A DNA stretch of 64,000 nt, taken from Paraspadella gotoi. Its lineage: Eukaryota > Animalia > Chaetognatha. The stretch spans positions 156,594-220,593 of the forward strand of contig CM119264.1 in the NCBI GenBank assembly GCA_051294375.1. The letters are read 5' to 3'. Positions 1-12,720 of the stretch are shown in pieces. The notes beneath the pieces are model-generated. The model had not been told where the DNA came from. It was given only the letters and a program-made list of their open reading frames with translations, and made no database searches. Positions within the stretch are counted from its first letter, which is position 1. Every line of letters starts with the position of its first letter. A program made the position numbers and the translations under genes.

Positions 1-285
1 ACTGGCACCCAAGACTGGCACCCAAGACTGGGGCGGAAGACTAGTGCGCAAGATTGGCGCGCAAGACTAGCACTCAAGACAAGCTACCAAGACTGGCACG
101 CAAGACTGGCGCGCATGACTGGCACACAAGACTGGCACCCAAGACTGGGGCGCAAGACAAGTGAGCAAGACGGGTGCGCAAGACTGGCACCCTAGACTGG
201 CAACCAATACTCGTGCCCTGAACTGGTGCTCTTGACTAGCGCCCAAGACTAGCGCCAATGACAGAGAGCCGAGACTGGCGCGTTA
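1..285. repeat. 14-bp minisatellite (caagactggcaccc-type)
   Basis: About 19 degenerate tandem units. Confidence 0.9.
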
Positions 286-314
286 CACGAGCGCCATAAA
301 CGGGAGCCATTTGG

Positions 315-368
<54 letters not shown>

Positions 369-470
369 TTATTCAACCAAATGATTCTGCCTGACGCATT
401 TCATATCTTTTCTTCTCTCTCTTTCTTTGTCGCTCTTTTTTTAATAGCAATCGGGAAGGGAGAGAGATGA

Positions 471-528
<58 letters not shown>

Positions 529-627
529 CGTTGGCACAACTTCAGAAAGTCAGAGGTGCGTAAATAATTTGATCTTTGGCCAAAATAAGAACGGGAGTAG
601 CACATTTTCTTCTTCTTCTCTCTCTCT

Positions 628-707
<80 letters not shown>

Positions 708-771
708 TTTCACACACACTTTTTCCTAAAAATTCCCATTTAGTTACTGAAAAAATAAACTTGCAAACTTT

Positions 772-1256
772 CTACGTTCGTCTTTTTTTGGAAATGAGCG
801 CCACATTTTTGTCCTCATCTTCGTCGTCGTCATCATCGTCGTCGTCATCATTCGTCGTCGTCGTTCATCTCGTCATCATCATCGTCGTCCTCGATCATCG
901 TCGTCATCGTCGTCGTCGTCATTCATCGTCGTCGTCATCATCGTCGGTCTTAAGTCGATTTCATCGCTCGTCATCATCCATCGTCGTCATCATATTCAGT
1001 CGTCATCGTGCGTCGTCGTCATCCATCGTCGTCGCTTCATCATCGTCAGTAGGTCATTCATTCGTCGTCACATCAGTCATCGTCTGTCATCATCTCGTCG
1101 TCGTCGTCATCATCCCCGTTCGTCATCTTCGTCGTCGTCGATTCATCATCGTCATGATTGTCGTCGTCATCATCGTCGTCGTCATCTTCATTGTCATCGT
1201 TGGCCTCTATTCTTCATCAAGCAACGTCCTGCCACATATAACGAAGATATTTTCTG
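772..1256 (-). CDS. Candidate terminal exon with long (GAC/GAT)n poly-Asp tract ending EDEDKNVALISKKRRT*
   Basis: Acceptor tcaatcttag/cag; acidic codons on the minus strand. The frame is broken by many indels, so it cannot be read continuously. Confidence 0.35.
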
Positions 1257-1291
1257 CTAAGATTGAATGACAGTGAAAGAGAAAGAGACAT

Positions 1292-1329
<38 letters not shown>

Positions 1330-1490
1330 GGTTCTTATTTTCCTATCAGCCTTCCTCTTCTCTTCTTTCGTCGCCATTCGTTCGCAAATACCTTTTTTTT
1401 CTTTTTAGTTGCGCCGCGAGTACTCGCGAAGCAACTCTATAAATCACTTTTCGGTCGGTCGGTATGTTTGTCCTATATGAAATTGGTACA

Positions 1491-1578
1491 ACCAATATAA
1501 AAATTATCCATTCATTTAATAAATAAGCTATCTTGCCCCTGACTTTGGACAGGCTTTGGTGGTTTAAGGCCTCCATCA
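1491..1578 (-). repeat. Dispersed repeat, probable retroposon 3' end (inverted copy at 4436-4494; fragments near 18315, 28480 and 48520)
   Basis: tgatggaggccttaaaccac.aaagcctgtc.a.agtcaggggcaagatagc is found in both orientations. Confidence 0.55.
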
Positions 1579-1655
1579 TGTAATTCATTTGTTAAGACAG
1601 GAATAGAAGCTCAAATCTAAGTGACTGCTCGCGCCGCCTTTAGTAAATCCTAAAT

Positions 1656-2630
1656 CAAGTTTGAGCAAACAATGTCGGATCTGCCTACCATCATTAGCGG
1701 TAATTAATTATTTTTTTAATTAATTAAATTAATTAATTTATTATTTGCCTAATTAAGTAATTAATTAATTTGATCAAAGATGTTTGTTTTTAGATCTTTT
1801 CCTCACTGATCACGATAAAAGCAACGATGACGATGATGGCGATAACGATTGACTTACTTGATTGATTTTGATTGATTGATTCAATAATTAATTAATTGAT
1901 AAATAAATTGATTGATTCAATAATTAATTAATAGATAAAAAAATTTATTTATTGAATAATAACTTGATTGATTAATTGACTGATTAATTAATTAATGATT
2001 AATTAAATGATTAATTAATTATTGATTAATTAAATGATTAATTAATTATTGATTATTGATTATTTAATTCATTAATTATTTGATTAATTAATACCTCTTG
2101 CATTTACATTCTAAAATGAAAAAAACATAATCAAATAGTAAAACAGGTTTGTTTTTTTTTTATTTAAACTCAATTCCACTCAAACAATTCCATCGAAATT
2201 AATTTGCAGCCTAATCACACACTTTCCTAACCATATAAAAAAAAGTTTAAGTCAATTGCCGCATCCACTTTCGAGTAATTGGCGTTCAAATAGTGAAATA
2301 TATTTTTTTTCCATTTAAACTCATTTTCACTCGCACGATTCCATTGAAACTTTACATCCAGCTCAATCACACACTTATACCTATCCACACACGAAATTTC
2401 ATTCCAATACATCCATCCAATTACGAGTAATTTGAGTTTTTTGCTTAGGGGGGACGGACGGACATACGGATGCACAGGCGGACGGACGGAAATCATTTTT
2501 TGCATAATTTATCATAATTTGATGTTCTGACATTATCTAAGTGAATGCCCGACAAGATTGGGGGGTGGACCGACGGACCGACAAAGTGGACTAAAGAGTC
2601 GGAATCTGCGTTTAGCAGATCCGACTAAAA
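1656..2630 (-). mobile_element. DINE-1/HINE-like non-autonomous Helentron-associated element, family A
   Basis: On the minus strand: T-run, stem-loop AGTCGGATCTGC..GCAGATTCCGACT, (GTCC)n microsatellite, 3' sub-terminal repeat GCAGATCCGAC and a short gtttg/caaac hairpin. Homologous copy at 42572-43390. Confidence 0.7.
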
Positions 2631-3006
2631 ATTAAAGAATAAAAGACAATGCAGTAAATGTTGAAGTTATACAGCAATATATGTGAAAAGAAAGTGAATT
2701 TAGCATTTTTGGACACACATTGGAATTCCTGTTTGGCTGATCTCTCTGTCCCTTAAATATGTATATTTTTAACGATTGCTTGATCTAATATGGTTCTATG
2801 GTCATAGAATATATGTCTAAGTCATATTTCATTAAAATGTTATAGATGTGTGATCTAAGATTCATATTAAATGTATATTATGTCATTGCAGCGCAACATT
2901 GTGAACTTGCATAGTGAAATTCCGGTTTTTCTTTCTTCCTTTCTTTTTTTTCCTTTTATTTCTTTTTTTCCTTTTTTCCTCTGTTTTTGTTTTTCTTATT
3001 ATTTAC

Positions 3007-3044
3007 GGTTGATATTGTTGGCTGTGACAAAATAAGCAGAAAAC
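3007..3044 (-). CDS. IgSF exon completing the TM helix (GFLLILSQPTIST as read)
   Basis: Acceptor ctctcttaccag, donor |gtaaat; phase-1 start extends the hydrophobic run to about 22 aa. Confidence 0.6.
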
Positions 3045-3693
3045 CTGGTAAGAGAGAGAGAGAGAGAGAGAGAGAGGGAAAGAGAGAGAGAGAGAGAGAA
3101 CGACCGGCGAAAACAACATCATATATTGATGCGGTTTTCTTAATTTCAGCGGCGAAAATTATTCTGATCATAAATCTCATTATAACTCTTATTATAAATC
3201 TTAAAATAAATCAAGAAACACGCCCAGGTCTTCTTTGAATATTTCAAGTCTTTTGCAGAAATTTGCTCATAAAAAATAAATTTTCTCTGAAGGAAATATA
3301 TATATGAAAGCAGCTGAGACCTTATAATGTATTAATTCATTGGTTATTCATTATTCAAAATATTTTATATTGAAATTTTGTTATAAAATTATTGAGGATT
3401 ACTCCGTGTCCCTCGCTTTTCTCTATCTCTCTCTCTCTGGTTTCCAACAAAAATGTCTGCTTAAATTGTGAGTTAGAAAGAGCCCATGCTTATTGTCCAC
3501 TAGAAAATTAGAATTGATCAGTTGTTCAGTACCACTTATGAAAACTCAAAAAAAATATTAATACTTACAAATGATAAAATAAGGTAGATTTTTAGGGTAG
3601 TTTAAAGTCCTAGCCTGAAGCTCGCACTTTCGTTTTTCAATATCAATATCAATAGTTATATATCTCTCTGTCTCTTTCCCTCTCTGTCTATCT

Positions 3694-3815
3694 CCCGTGA
3701 GAAAAACGAGTTATGTTAGAATGGCCAACAAAACCACGAAGAGCTGTTCGGTCGTCAATTTGGCGCCACCTTTGGTGTCTGCGGGAGTCTCATTCTTTCT
3801 CTCTCTCTTTTTTTT

Positions 3816-3847
<32 letters not shown>

Positions 3848-4220
3848 TCTCCCATGAGAAAAAGAAGTTATGCTAAAATGGCCAAGACAACTACGAAGAG
3901 CTGTTCGGTCGTCAATTTGGTGCCACCTTTGGCATCCAACAGAGTCTATTTTTTTTTCTCTCTCTCTCTATCTCTCTCTCTCTCTCTCACCCATGAGAAA
4001 AGCAAGTGATGCTAGAATGGCCAACACAACCATGTTTGGTTGTCAATTTGGGGCCATCTTTGGCATCCGACGGAGTCTCATTCTTTCTCTCTCTCTCTCT
4101 CCCTCTCTCTCTCTAACTTTCTGTCTCTCACCCGTGAGAAAAGCGAGTGATGCAAGAATGGCCAATACAACCACAAAGAGCTGTTCGGTCGTCAATTTAG
4201 CTCCACCCTTGGCATCTGAA
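3694..4220. repeat. Four ~140-bp tandem units, each the TM half of exon 4132-4314 plus a (CT)n spacer
   Basis: Repeated gagaaaa..tgctagaatggccaa..ggtcgtcaatttgg..cctttggcatc. Confidence 0.9.
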
Positions 4221-4314
4221 GCTGGCGCCAGTTCGAGGTAGAGATCATCTCCTTCTGAATCTTTTGACCGAGAGTTGGAGGTGTCGTCAGTTGTGTCTGA
4301 GGCGCTGGAGGAAG
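4132..4314 (-). CDS. IgSF exon, Ser/Thr/Asp stalk + start of TM (..AKLTTEQLFVVVLAILASLAFLT)
   Basis: 183 nt, phase 1/1, open; acceptor ttaactccacag, donor G|gtgaga. Confidence 0.85.
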
Positions 4315-4698
4315 CTGTGGAGTTAAGGAGGGGTGTTAAGGAAAGTTGGGGGAGAAACCATTAGACAGAACGTAACACCCTAAAATATTAACAAAATCTA
4401 AAAGAAGATGACATTATCATATTATCTAGTAATAGTGATGGAGGCCTTAAACCACGAAAGCCTGTCTATAGTCAGGGGCAAGATAGCATTTGTTAGAATT
4501 TGAAAATTGTACTAAGTTATCAATTTTTATTCTTTGAGAAAAGTTATTACTTTAATGAAATGATGATTGTATTTTTGGGTTCCTCCCTCTCTCCCTCCCT
4601 CCTCTCTCACCCCTCCCCATCCCCTCCCCTCTCTCCCCTCCCTATCTCCCTCCCTCCTTCTCCCTCACCCTTCCCTCCCCTTTCTTCCTTTCACTTAC

Positions 4699-4849
4699 CC
4701 TCTTCCCTCCCTTTCGTCCCATGACTTTGTCTACACGAAGGATCGAAGGAGACATTGTAAGCTCGGTCCCCGACGTTGTTGCGGGCGAGCAAGAGAAGGT
4801 GAAGATCTCGCCGGAGAGAGATCTGTGCCATGCGGGCTTCGGGGCGGGA
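4699..4849 (-). CDS. IgSF exon, Ig3 end (...LLLARNNVGDRAYNVSFDPSCRQSHGTKGREE)
   Basis: 151 nt, phase 0/1; acceptor ctctctctcag, donor G|gtaagt; the A-x-N-x-x-G motif is typical of Ig F-G strands. Confidence 0.75.
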
Positions 4850-4916
4850 CTGAGAGAGAGAGGGAGAGGGGGAGGGAGAGAGAGAAGGAAAGAGAGATAG
4901 AGAGGAGCAGAGAATG

Positions 4917-5009
<93 letters not shown>

Positions 5010-5509
5010 GAAGGGATATAGATTCAGTATTAATATTTTTTCTCTTGATTAAATCGATAATACTAGAGCCGCTAATGACCATAAAATCTCAGATTCCAGG
5101 CCGATCATCGAAATGTTTACAGATTTATTATATAATATATTAGTAACCTCACCTTTTTTTGCTTTTCCCCAAAAAATAATATCGTTTTTGTATGAAGAGT
5201 ATTAATAAGTGAATATTTATTCAGGTTATACACCAAAAGTCTAATTCATTTTAAAAACTTCAACTTAACAGGAAGAGAAATTCCAGTGTTGAGCCTCAGT
5301 CTTTCTTTTCTCCTTTATTTCTATCTTCTGCATCGGAATCTCCTATTTTAATCCTTATATTTTTCGCTATAAAAAAATGTAGCGCTTGCAGTCGCTTAGA
5401 TTTGGGGTTCCAGTCTTGCTTTAACCAATGAGCAGCCAACTAACGTAAGTAGTTCAGACAGACAGACATACCGACCGACTGACGGACCAACCGACTTATC
5501 GAGTCATAG

Positions 5510-5975
5510 ACAGAGTGAGAGAAAGATAGAAATAGAAAAGATAGAGAATGTGAAAGAAAGATATAAATAAAAAGGAGAGTGAGAGAAAGATAGAAATACA
5601 AAGGAAAGAGAGTAAGAGAAAGATAGAAATAGAGAAGAGAGAAAGTAGGAGAAAGATAGAAATAGAGAAGAGAGAGAGTAGGAGAAAGATATAAATAGAA
5701 AAGAGAGAGAGTAGGAGAAAGATATAAATAGAAAAGAGAGAGAGTAGGAGAAAGATATAAATAGAGAAGAGAGAGAGTAGGAGAAAGATAGAAATAGAAA
5801 AGAGAGAGAGTGGAAGAAAGATAGAAATAGAAAAGAGAGAGAGTAGGAGAAAGATATAAATAGAGAAGAGAGTAAGAGAAAGATAGAAATAGAGAAGAGA
5901 GAGAGTAGGAGAAAGATATAAATAGAAAAGAGAGAGAGTAGGAGAAAGATATAAATAGGAAAGAGAGAGAGACAG
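5510..5975. repeat. 33-bp purine-rich minisatellite
   Basis: Unit gagagagagtaggagaaagatataaatagaaaa; 11-aa periodicity in the spurious ORFs. Confidence 0.9.
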
Positions 5976-8789
5976 AGAGAATCTTCCCCATTCACCACCT
6001 ACACGACGTTAATGAAATCTGCCCTGTGACTTTGGAAGCGACAAAAGGCGGCGGCTGCGGGCGGCGGCTGCGGGCGGCGGCGGGCGGCAGCTGGCGGCGG
6101 GCGGCAGCTGCGGGCGGCGGCCGGCGGTTAGGAGATGAATATCGGAAACTGGGCGAACATTAGAGGAGAACAAAAGAACAATAGTCGGACAAAAGAGAAA
6201 TGTTCAGTCGGAAGGCAGCGCTGGTTTCCTCGACTACCGGCGACGAAAGTTAAAAACTGGATTCTCTAATCGAAACTTCTTTCTTTCGTTGTTTTGGTTT
6301 TTTTTTTGGGTTTTTTTTTTGTTTTTGGAGGGAAAAAGAAATCGATTTAAAAAATCGATGATCCAGTCGCCGCCAATTAATTTTATCATTTTAAATGTTT
6401 CAATGTTTTGAAAATGATGTACGTACTCCATCAGGCCAACGAAGGAAGGAGTTGAAACAATTTAATTTACTCTTATTTTTACTCGAATGAACCTTAGATA
6501 GATTTTTCTTTTCTTTTCTTTTTCTTTTCTTTTTTCCTTTCCTTTTCTTTTTCTTTTTCTTTTCTTCTTCAATTTCGTTCCAGTGCTCATAGACAAATTG
6601 GAAGAAACTGCAAAATTAAAGAGATAATATTAATAGGAATGTTTTGTAAAAAAAAGAATCGGTGATTCGATGTTGTTGCCGCGGCAGTGAACCTTGACTT
6701 TTCACGTGTTTGATTAGTGTACTATATTACGTAATGAAACTATACTGCATTGGGAATTTCAATCTTTTATTTTTTTTATATGATCTCTTCATCTTTTCTT
6801 TATAGATATTTTATACTATTCATTACTAAACCTACCTTAACTACTCTCTCATCTCTATTATATATCTTGCGTGCTACGTACCTCTCTACATGCTTTTTCT
6901 ATCTTACATTATTCTTTCTCCTACTCTCATTCTTCTTTTCTTATTTTTTTAAATACATACGATCATATATTGCACAATTCTTTCCATCTCTATATACTTC
7001 AACTGGTACTTTTCACCAAAAATTATGAACTAAAATTTGCGTATCTTTACAAATTTAACTTACCTTTCTATCTTTTCTCGATGTTTTTTTTTTTGCCGAC
7101 ATAGAAATACTATCTCAGAAATACCAATAATTCTTATACCCTCGTCCTGGGACAATGTAGTTTTCGTATTACAATGAGGCTCCATAAAATGTTTAACAGC
7201 GAACTAAATACAACAAAAAGGGAAAGATAGAAAGAAAAAGAGAATCTAGTGTGCGGACATGCCAGTAAAGCAATTTCAAAATGAGGGGCCAACTCAATAA
7301 CGGGACTCTCGGGAAGCTATCCATCCTTCTCGCCTGCTTGAAGGCCAGGACCCCAGATAACAACCAGACCTGACCGACTCTAACTTCCGCGACCCTGATC
7401 CGATTTTCCGTTTCCCGACCCCCCCAAGTGTCCCGCAGAGTTGCTATTTCTCTCCGTTCGATGTACTTTCTCAGGGCTGCAAACTAACAAAAATGGAATT
7501 ATTAACGAATCCGCGACCCCTTTATCCTATTAAAATTTTTCTTCTCTCCCGGAGAAAAATTAAAAAATAGAGGGAAGCCGTAATTAGTATATGAGGATAA
7601 TCTGTTAGTTAATCTAGACCGATATAAGGGGTGGAGTTAGAGGAAAGGTGAGGAATTGGCAAAGATAGCTGTTCTTGACGTCACGGTAGCATGCACTTAG
7701 TTGTATTATGTTATTATACGTGTTCTATTAGTCACTATTCTCTATCTTATTTCTATTTATGTCATATGCAGGAAATTTCTCTCGCACTTCTGGTCGAATG
7801 ACAGTGCGATAAGATCTGTATATGGAGTAACTCGTATAAGACAGCTCAGGTCGGATATGTCTGTCGTGGTGACAGGTGAATGAAGTAGAAATTAAGAAGA
7901 GCCAGAGAGGAATAACGGTTATAGAAGTATAAATTCTTATGAACAAGGTGATGAGCAGTGGCTGCTGCGATGATAATAGAAGTATTGAGGTATATTAGAA
8001 GGAAGCAGAGCAAGAGGCGGTGAAACGCGCGTGCAAAGTAAGATGTTACGACAGAGGTGGCGAAAGTGGACGGTACATAACAATAGGATTATGAAGGAGA
8101 GGTAGAGGGGAAGTAGTAGCAGAGATAATAAATAAAAGAGGTAGGAAAGTATTACGAAAGTTAAAGAGATGAGGGAAAAGGAGATCTGCTGAGGTGCAGA
8201 AGATAGAAAGATAAAGGAAGGAAAAGGTAAGAGAGGTACATAGAGTTAGAGCTGGCGACACTAGGAATTACGCATTCCTGAGGTAGGTTTTAGTTATATA
8301 TGGAGAGACTGTAATCAGTATAATAGCAGATATAGCATATGAGGTATAATATCCGTAATCCTCGATAGAGCGTTGAAAGAGAGAGGAGACTGAGAGAGTG
8401 AATGTGAAGCACACGATAATGGTGAGAGAGAGAGGAGAGATATCAGTCTGATTATTGCGATAATGAATCTCGTATATAGCAGAAGGACGGTTATAATGTA
8501 GGAAAAAAGTAGGAGAGTTAAAGAGAACATTGGCGTAAGTTAAAAACTGGACTGCCGCGCCTGGGAAATAACGAACTTCTTCTGGTTTTTTTTTTTTTTG
8601 TTTTTTTTTGTTTTGGAGGGAAAAAGAAATCGATTTAAAAAATCGATGATCCAGTCGCCGCCAATTAATTTTATCATTTTAAATGTTTCAATGTTTTGAA
8701 AATGATGTACGTACTCCATCAGGCCAACGAAGGAAGGAGTTGAAACAATTTAATTTACTCTTATTTTTACTCGAATGAACCTTAGATAG

Positions 8790-9638
8790 ATTTTTCTTTT
8801 TCTTTTTCTTTTCTTTTCTTTTTTTCCTTTTCCTTTTCTTTTTCTTTTCTTTTCTCTTTTTTAATTTTTCTTTTTCTTTTTTTTTTTCTTTTTTTTCTTT
8901 CTTTTCTTTTTCTTTTCTTTCTTTTCTTTTCTTTTCTTTCTTTTTTCTTTCTTTTCTTTTCTTTTCTTTTTCTTTTCTTTTCTTTCTTTTTCTTCTTCTT
9001 TCTTTTCTTTCCTTTTTTTCTTTTTTTTTTCTTTTTCTTTTCTTTTTCTTTTCTTTTCTTTTTTTTTTTTTCTTTCTTTTTTTCTTTTCTTTTCCTTTCT
9101 TTTCTTTTTTCTTTTTTTCTTTTCTTCTTTTTTTTTCTTTTCTTTTTTTTTCTTTTTCTTTTTCTTTCGTCTTTCTTCTTTTCTTTCTTTTCTCTTTCTT
9201 CTTCTTCTTTATTTTTTCTTTCCTTTTTTTTTTCTTTTTTCTTTTTTTCTTGCTTTTTTCTTTCTTTTTTTCTTTTTTCTTCTTTTCTTCTTTTTCTTTT
9301 TTTTTCATTTTTCTTTTCTTTTTTTTCTCTTTTCTTTTTCGTTCTTTTCTTTTCTTTTTCCTTTTTCTTTTCTTCTTTTTTTTTTCTTTTATGTCGTTTT
9401 CTTTTCTATTTCTTTTCTTTTCTTCCATTTTCTTTTTCTTTTCTTTTTCTTTCCTTTTCTTTCCATTTTTTTTTCTTTTCTTTTTTTCTTTTTTTTTTTT
9501 CTCTTTTCTTTTTCTTTTTTCTTTTTTTCTTCNNNNNNNNNNNNNNNNNNNNNNNNNTTTTTTAATTTTCTTTTTCTTTCTTTTTTTTTTTTCTTTTTCT
9601 TTTCTTTTTTCTTTTTCTTTTTTCTTCTTTTTTTTTTC

Positions 9639-9670
<32 letters not shown>

Positions 9671-9826
9671 CTTTTCTTTTTTCTTTTCCATTTTCTTTTT
9701 CTTTTCTTTTTCTTTTCTTTTTCTTTCCATTTTTTTTTCTTTTCTTTTTTCTTTTTCTTTTTCTTCTTTTTCTTTTCTTTTTCTTTTTTTTTTCTTCTTT
9801 TTCTTTTCTTTTTCTTTTTCTTTTTC
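8790..9826. repeat. (TTTTC)n low-complexity tract spanning the gap at 9533-9557
   Basis: Almost pure T/C sequence. Confidence 0.95.
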
Positions 9827-10489
9827 GTCCCCCAAAATCGAAAAGCGTTTCTACAGATTTTCGATTTGTTTTGCTCATGTTTCATTAAATATTCGTTTGT
9901 TTTTATTCTTGTTTTTATACTTTACTTTTAATTTTTGAATAAGTTATTTCTGTTTAACATATTTTACCGTTTACTCTTTCTTTTTTCCACCTTTGCTTTT
10001 TTCAGATTTGTTTTGCTCTTTCATCCCTTTGATATTTCCTTCTCCTTTTTCTTATTACGCATTTCTGCTCTGACCAATTGCTTCATTCCTCATTACCCAA
10101 AGCAATTACGTTCAAAACCCCGTTATTCTTTAATCTTTGCTTTTTTTTCTTTACCGCTTTTGAAATCATTGCTTTATGATTGCTTTCATGTTTCATACCT
10201 TTTATCTTTGTTAGCTTTGGTAATTGAGCTTAATGAAAAAAAACAAATTACTGTCTTCTTAACTATTCTTTTCCTTCTTGTTATATTCTTACAGTTTAAT
10301 TTATAAATAAATAGCGATTCCATTACTGTTTCCATTTCTGTTTCCATTACTGTTTCTATTACTGTTTCTATTACTGTTTCCGTTACTTTTTCCATTATTT
10401 CTTCCATTATCGTTTTCTCGGTTCAGCAAATCCACTTCTCATAGAAAAATCAATTACTTGGTTAATCGTCCCTTTTGTTGCTCCACTTT

Positions 10490-11225
10490 GCGTCATTTCG
10501 CCATTTGGGACACATCATTTTACAAGTCAGCGCTACATAATTTTGTCAGTTGGTGCTACATCAGCTTGCCCGTCGGCGCAACATCATTTTGCCAGTAGGT
10601 GCTACATCATTTTGCCAGTTGGTACTGCATCATTTTTTCAGTCGGCGCTACATCATTTTGCCCGTCAAAAATACATCATTTTACCAACCGGTGCTACATT
10701 ATTTTGCCATTCGGTTTAAGTCATTTTGACAGTTTATGCTACATAATTTTGCCTGTCTACCTTTATCATTTTGCCAGTTTTTGTGACCTGGGAGATGGGT
10801 ATCTAGCTAAAGGTAGGTACTAACTAGTCTCTCATCAGGGAAAAGAGGTAAGTAGGGTAAGTATGTAATGGTAATAGGAAAACAGATATAACAAAGGGTA
10901 TCAAGGGTCCATAAAAGGGAGAGAAGGGAGAGGGAAGGTTTGCAGACCCCGAGACCGAGAGGAGAAGTTGAGAGAGTGAGTCCGATCTCCAAGACTTTAT
11001 CCGTGACTCGGGGATGAAGAGGAGGGGACGGCGGAGGGAGAGGAGGGCGTTGAGAGGGGGAAGAGAAGGCCCGGGGGAGAGAGGTTCTGGCGGTTAGGGT
11101 GAGCCTCTATCTTGGTGACATCATTTTTCATTCACGCTCATCATTTTTGCCAGTCAGCGCTACAATCATTTTGCCAGTCAGCGCTACATCATTTTGCAAG
11201 TTTTTGCTACATGATTTTGCCGAGA
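10490..11225. repeat. ~22-bp minisatellite gctacatcattttgccagtcgg (duplicate at ~20570-21312)
   Basis: Tandem degenerate units on both sides of the LTR-like insert. Confidence 0.85.
10782..11120. mobile_element. Solo-LTR-like insert in a minisatellite (duplicate at 20868-21209)
   Basis: 339 bp with TGTGACC...GGTGACA imperfect inverted ends; interrupts the gctacatcattttgccagt array; no clear TSD. Confidence 0.5.
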
Positions 11226-11312
11226 CTCAATTTCGTAGCTTCGCTTGACATCTATGATGAAAGATCACGAAAAAAAACCATAGCTTCGCTTGGATTCACT
11301 CGCTCTCTCTCC

Positions 11313-11381
<69 letters not shown>

Positions 11382-11497
11382 GCACGCAATCCATGAACCG
11401 TCTTTCTCCCTTTTCATTAATTCTCTCCCGATATCACATCATTTTCGGGTGTTTGGTTTTGGAACAATATTCCGACTCATATTGGACTCATATCTAT

Positions 11498-11581
<84 letters not shown>

Positions 11582-12289
11582 GCTTCTCTCTCTTCTCTGC
11601 GGTCCGAGAGTCGTCGATCCACGAACGATTAAACGCGGGAATACTGTACACGGTGTTGGGGGGAAAGAAGAATATTTTTAGTTAATTTTTTGAATGCATT
11701 TAGAATAGTATAAAATCTAAAGAACAACAAAAGCATTTAATTAAAACATTTTTGAGAAATATATTTTTAAATTATAATAAAAGAATTAACATTGATAACA
11801 ATTTAATTCCACAGATTATTTGAAGTCAATTTAATTTAGCTGGATTTTTTTATCAATGAAAAAGTTATTTTTGATAAATTTAATTTATGAAATAAAAAAA
11901 TTCCTTCTATCAGTAAGTCAGTGAGTAACATCTTATAAATATTAATTATTAAACTAAACTAAATAGTTTCCTTTCCAAACAAAAACCTGTACCCTTTTTT
12001 ACCCCGAGTCTTTAAAGGATGGGAAATTAACTGAGTTTTTTCTCTTGGATCGATTCGTCCAATAACTCAAAAAAAAAAAGAAAAAAAAGAAAGAGCAGTC
12101 GTATTCCCGGCGGCCGCACGCAATTTTAACTTACCCATTGTTTCGCTTTACTCGTCCTTACTTTTCCTTACTTTTATTTAACTCCTTTCGTCTTTAATAT
12201 ACGAGATTTCAGTTTGCTTCTACTTGTCATATTTCCCTTTTTTTCACCTCATTACACACCATAAACTTCTCATTTTAAACGCCCTAATT

Positions 12290-12720
12290 TTTCAACTTCA
12301 TACCTCCCCTAAATTATAACTTCATACCTTCCCTCATTCATTCTTTTAACTTGATACCAGTCCCTTGTTTTTAAACTTTTACCTCTCCTTACCCTTAAGC
12401 TTTTAACTTCATACCTTCCCACATCTCTTCTCCTTCAACTTCATACTTTTCTCCTTTTTATCTCGATACCTTCCCCTCTCCTTTCTCCTTCATTCCTTTC
12501 TCTACTCCATTCACTTTTAACTTCATACCTTCCCCTGTCTCTTCTAATTATACTTTTATCTTTCCCCTGCTCCTTCTAAATTATACTTTCATACCTTCCC
12601 CTGCTCCTTCTAATTCTACTTCATACCTTCCACTGCTCCTTTTAATTCTTCCTCATACCTTCCCCTGTTCCTTTCTAATACTACCTAACTTCCTTCTTCT
12701 CCCACTTCATACCTTCTTTC
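12290..12720. repeat. Pyrimidine-rich minisatellite with core cttcataccttcccctgctccttctaat (duplicate at ~22385-22810)
   Basis: Recurrent acttcataccttccc core. Confidence 0.8.

Noticed and set aside
1-285. CRISPR or coding interpretation of the caagactgg repeats
   Set aside because: Contiguous 14-bp minisatellite with no spacers.
8688-9888. Long Lys/Arg/Glu-rich and Phe-rich ORFs
   Set aside because: Translations of a (TTTTC)n tract spanning an N gap.
10825-10845. CTGATGAG on the minus strand as a hammerhead core
   Set aside because: No downstream GAAA or stem III.
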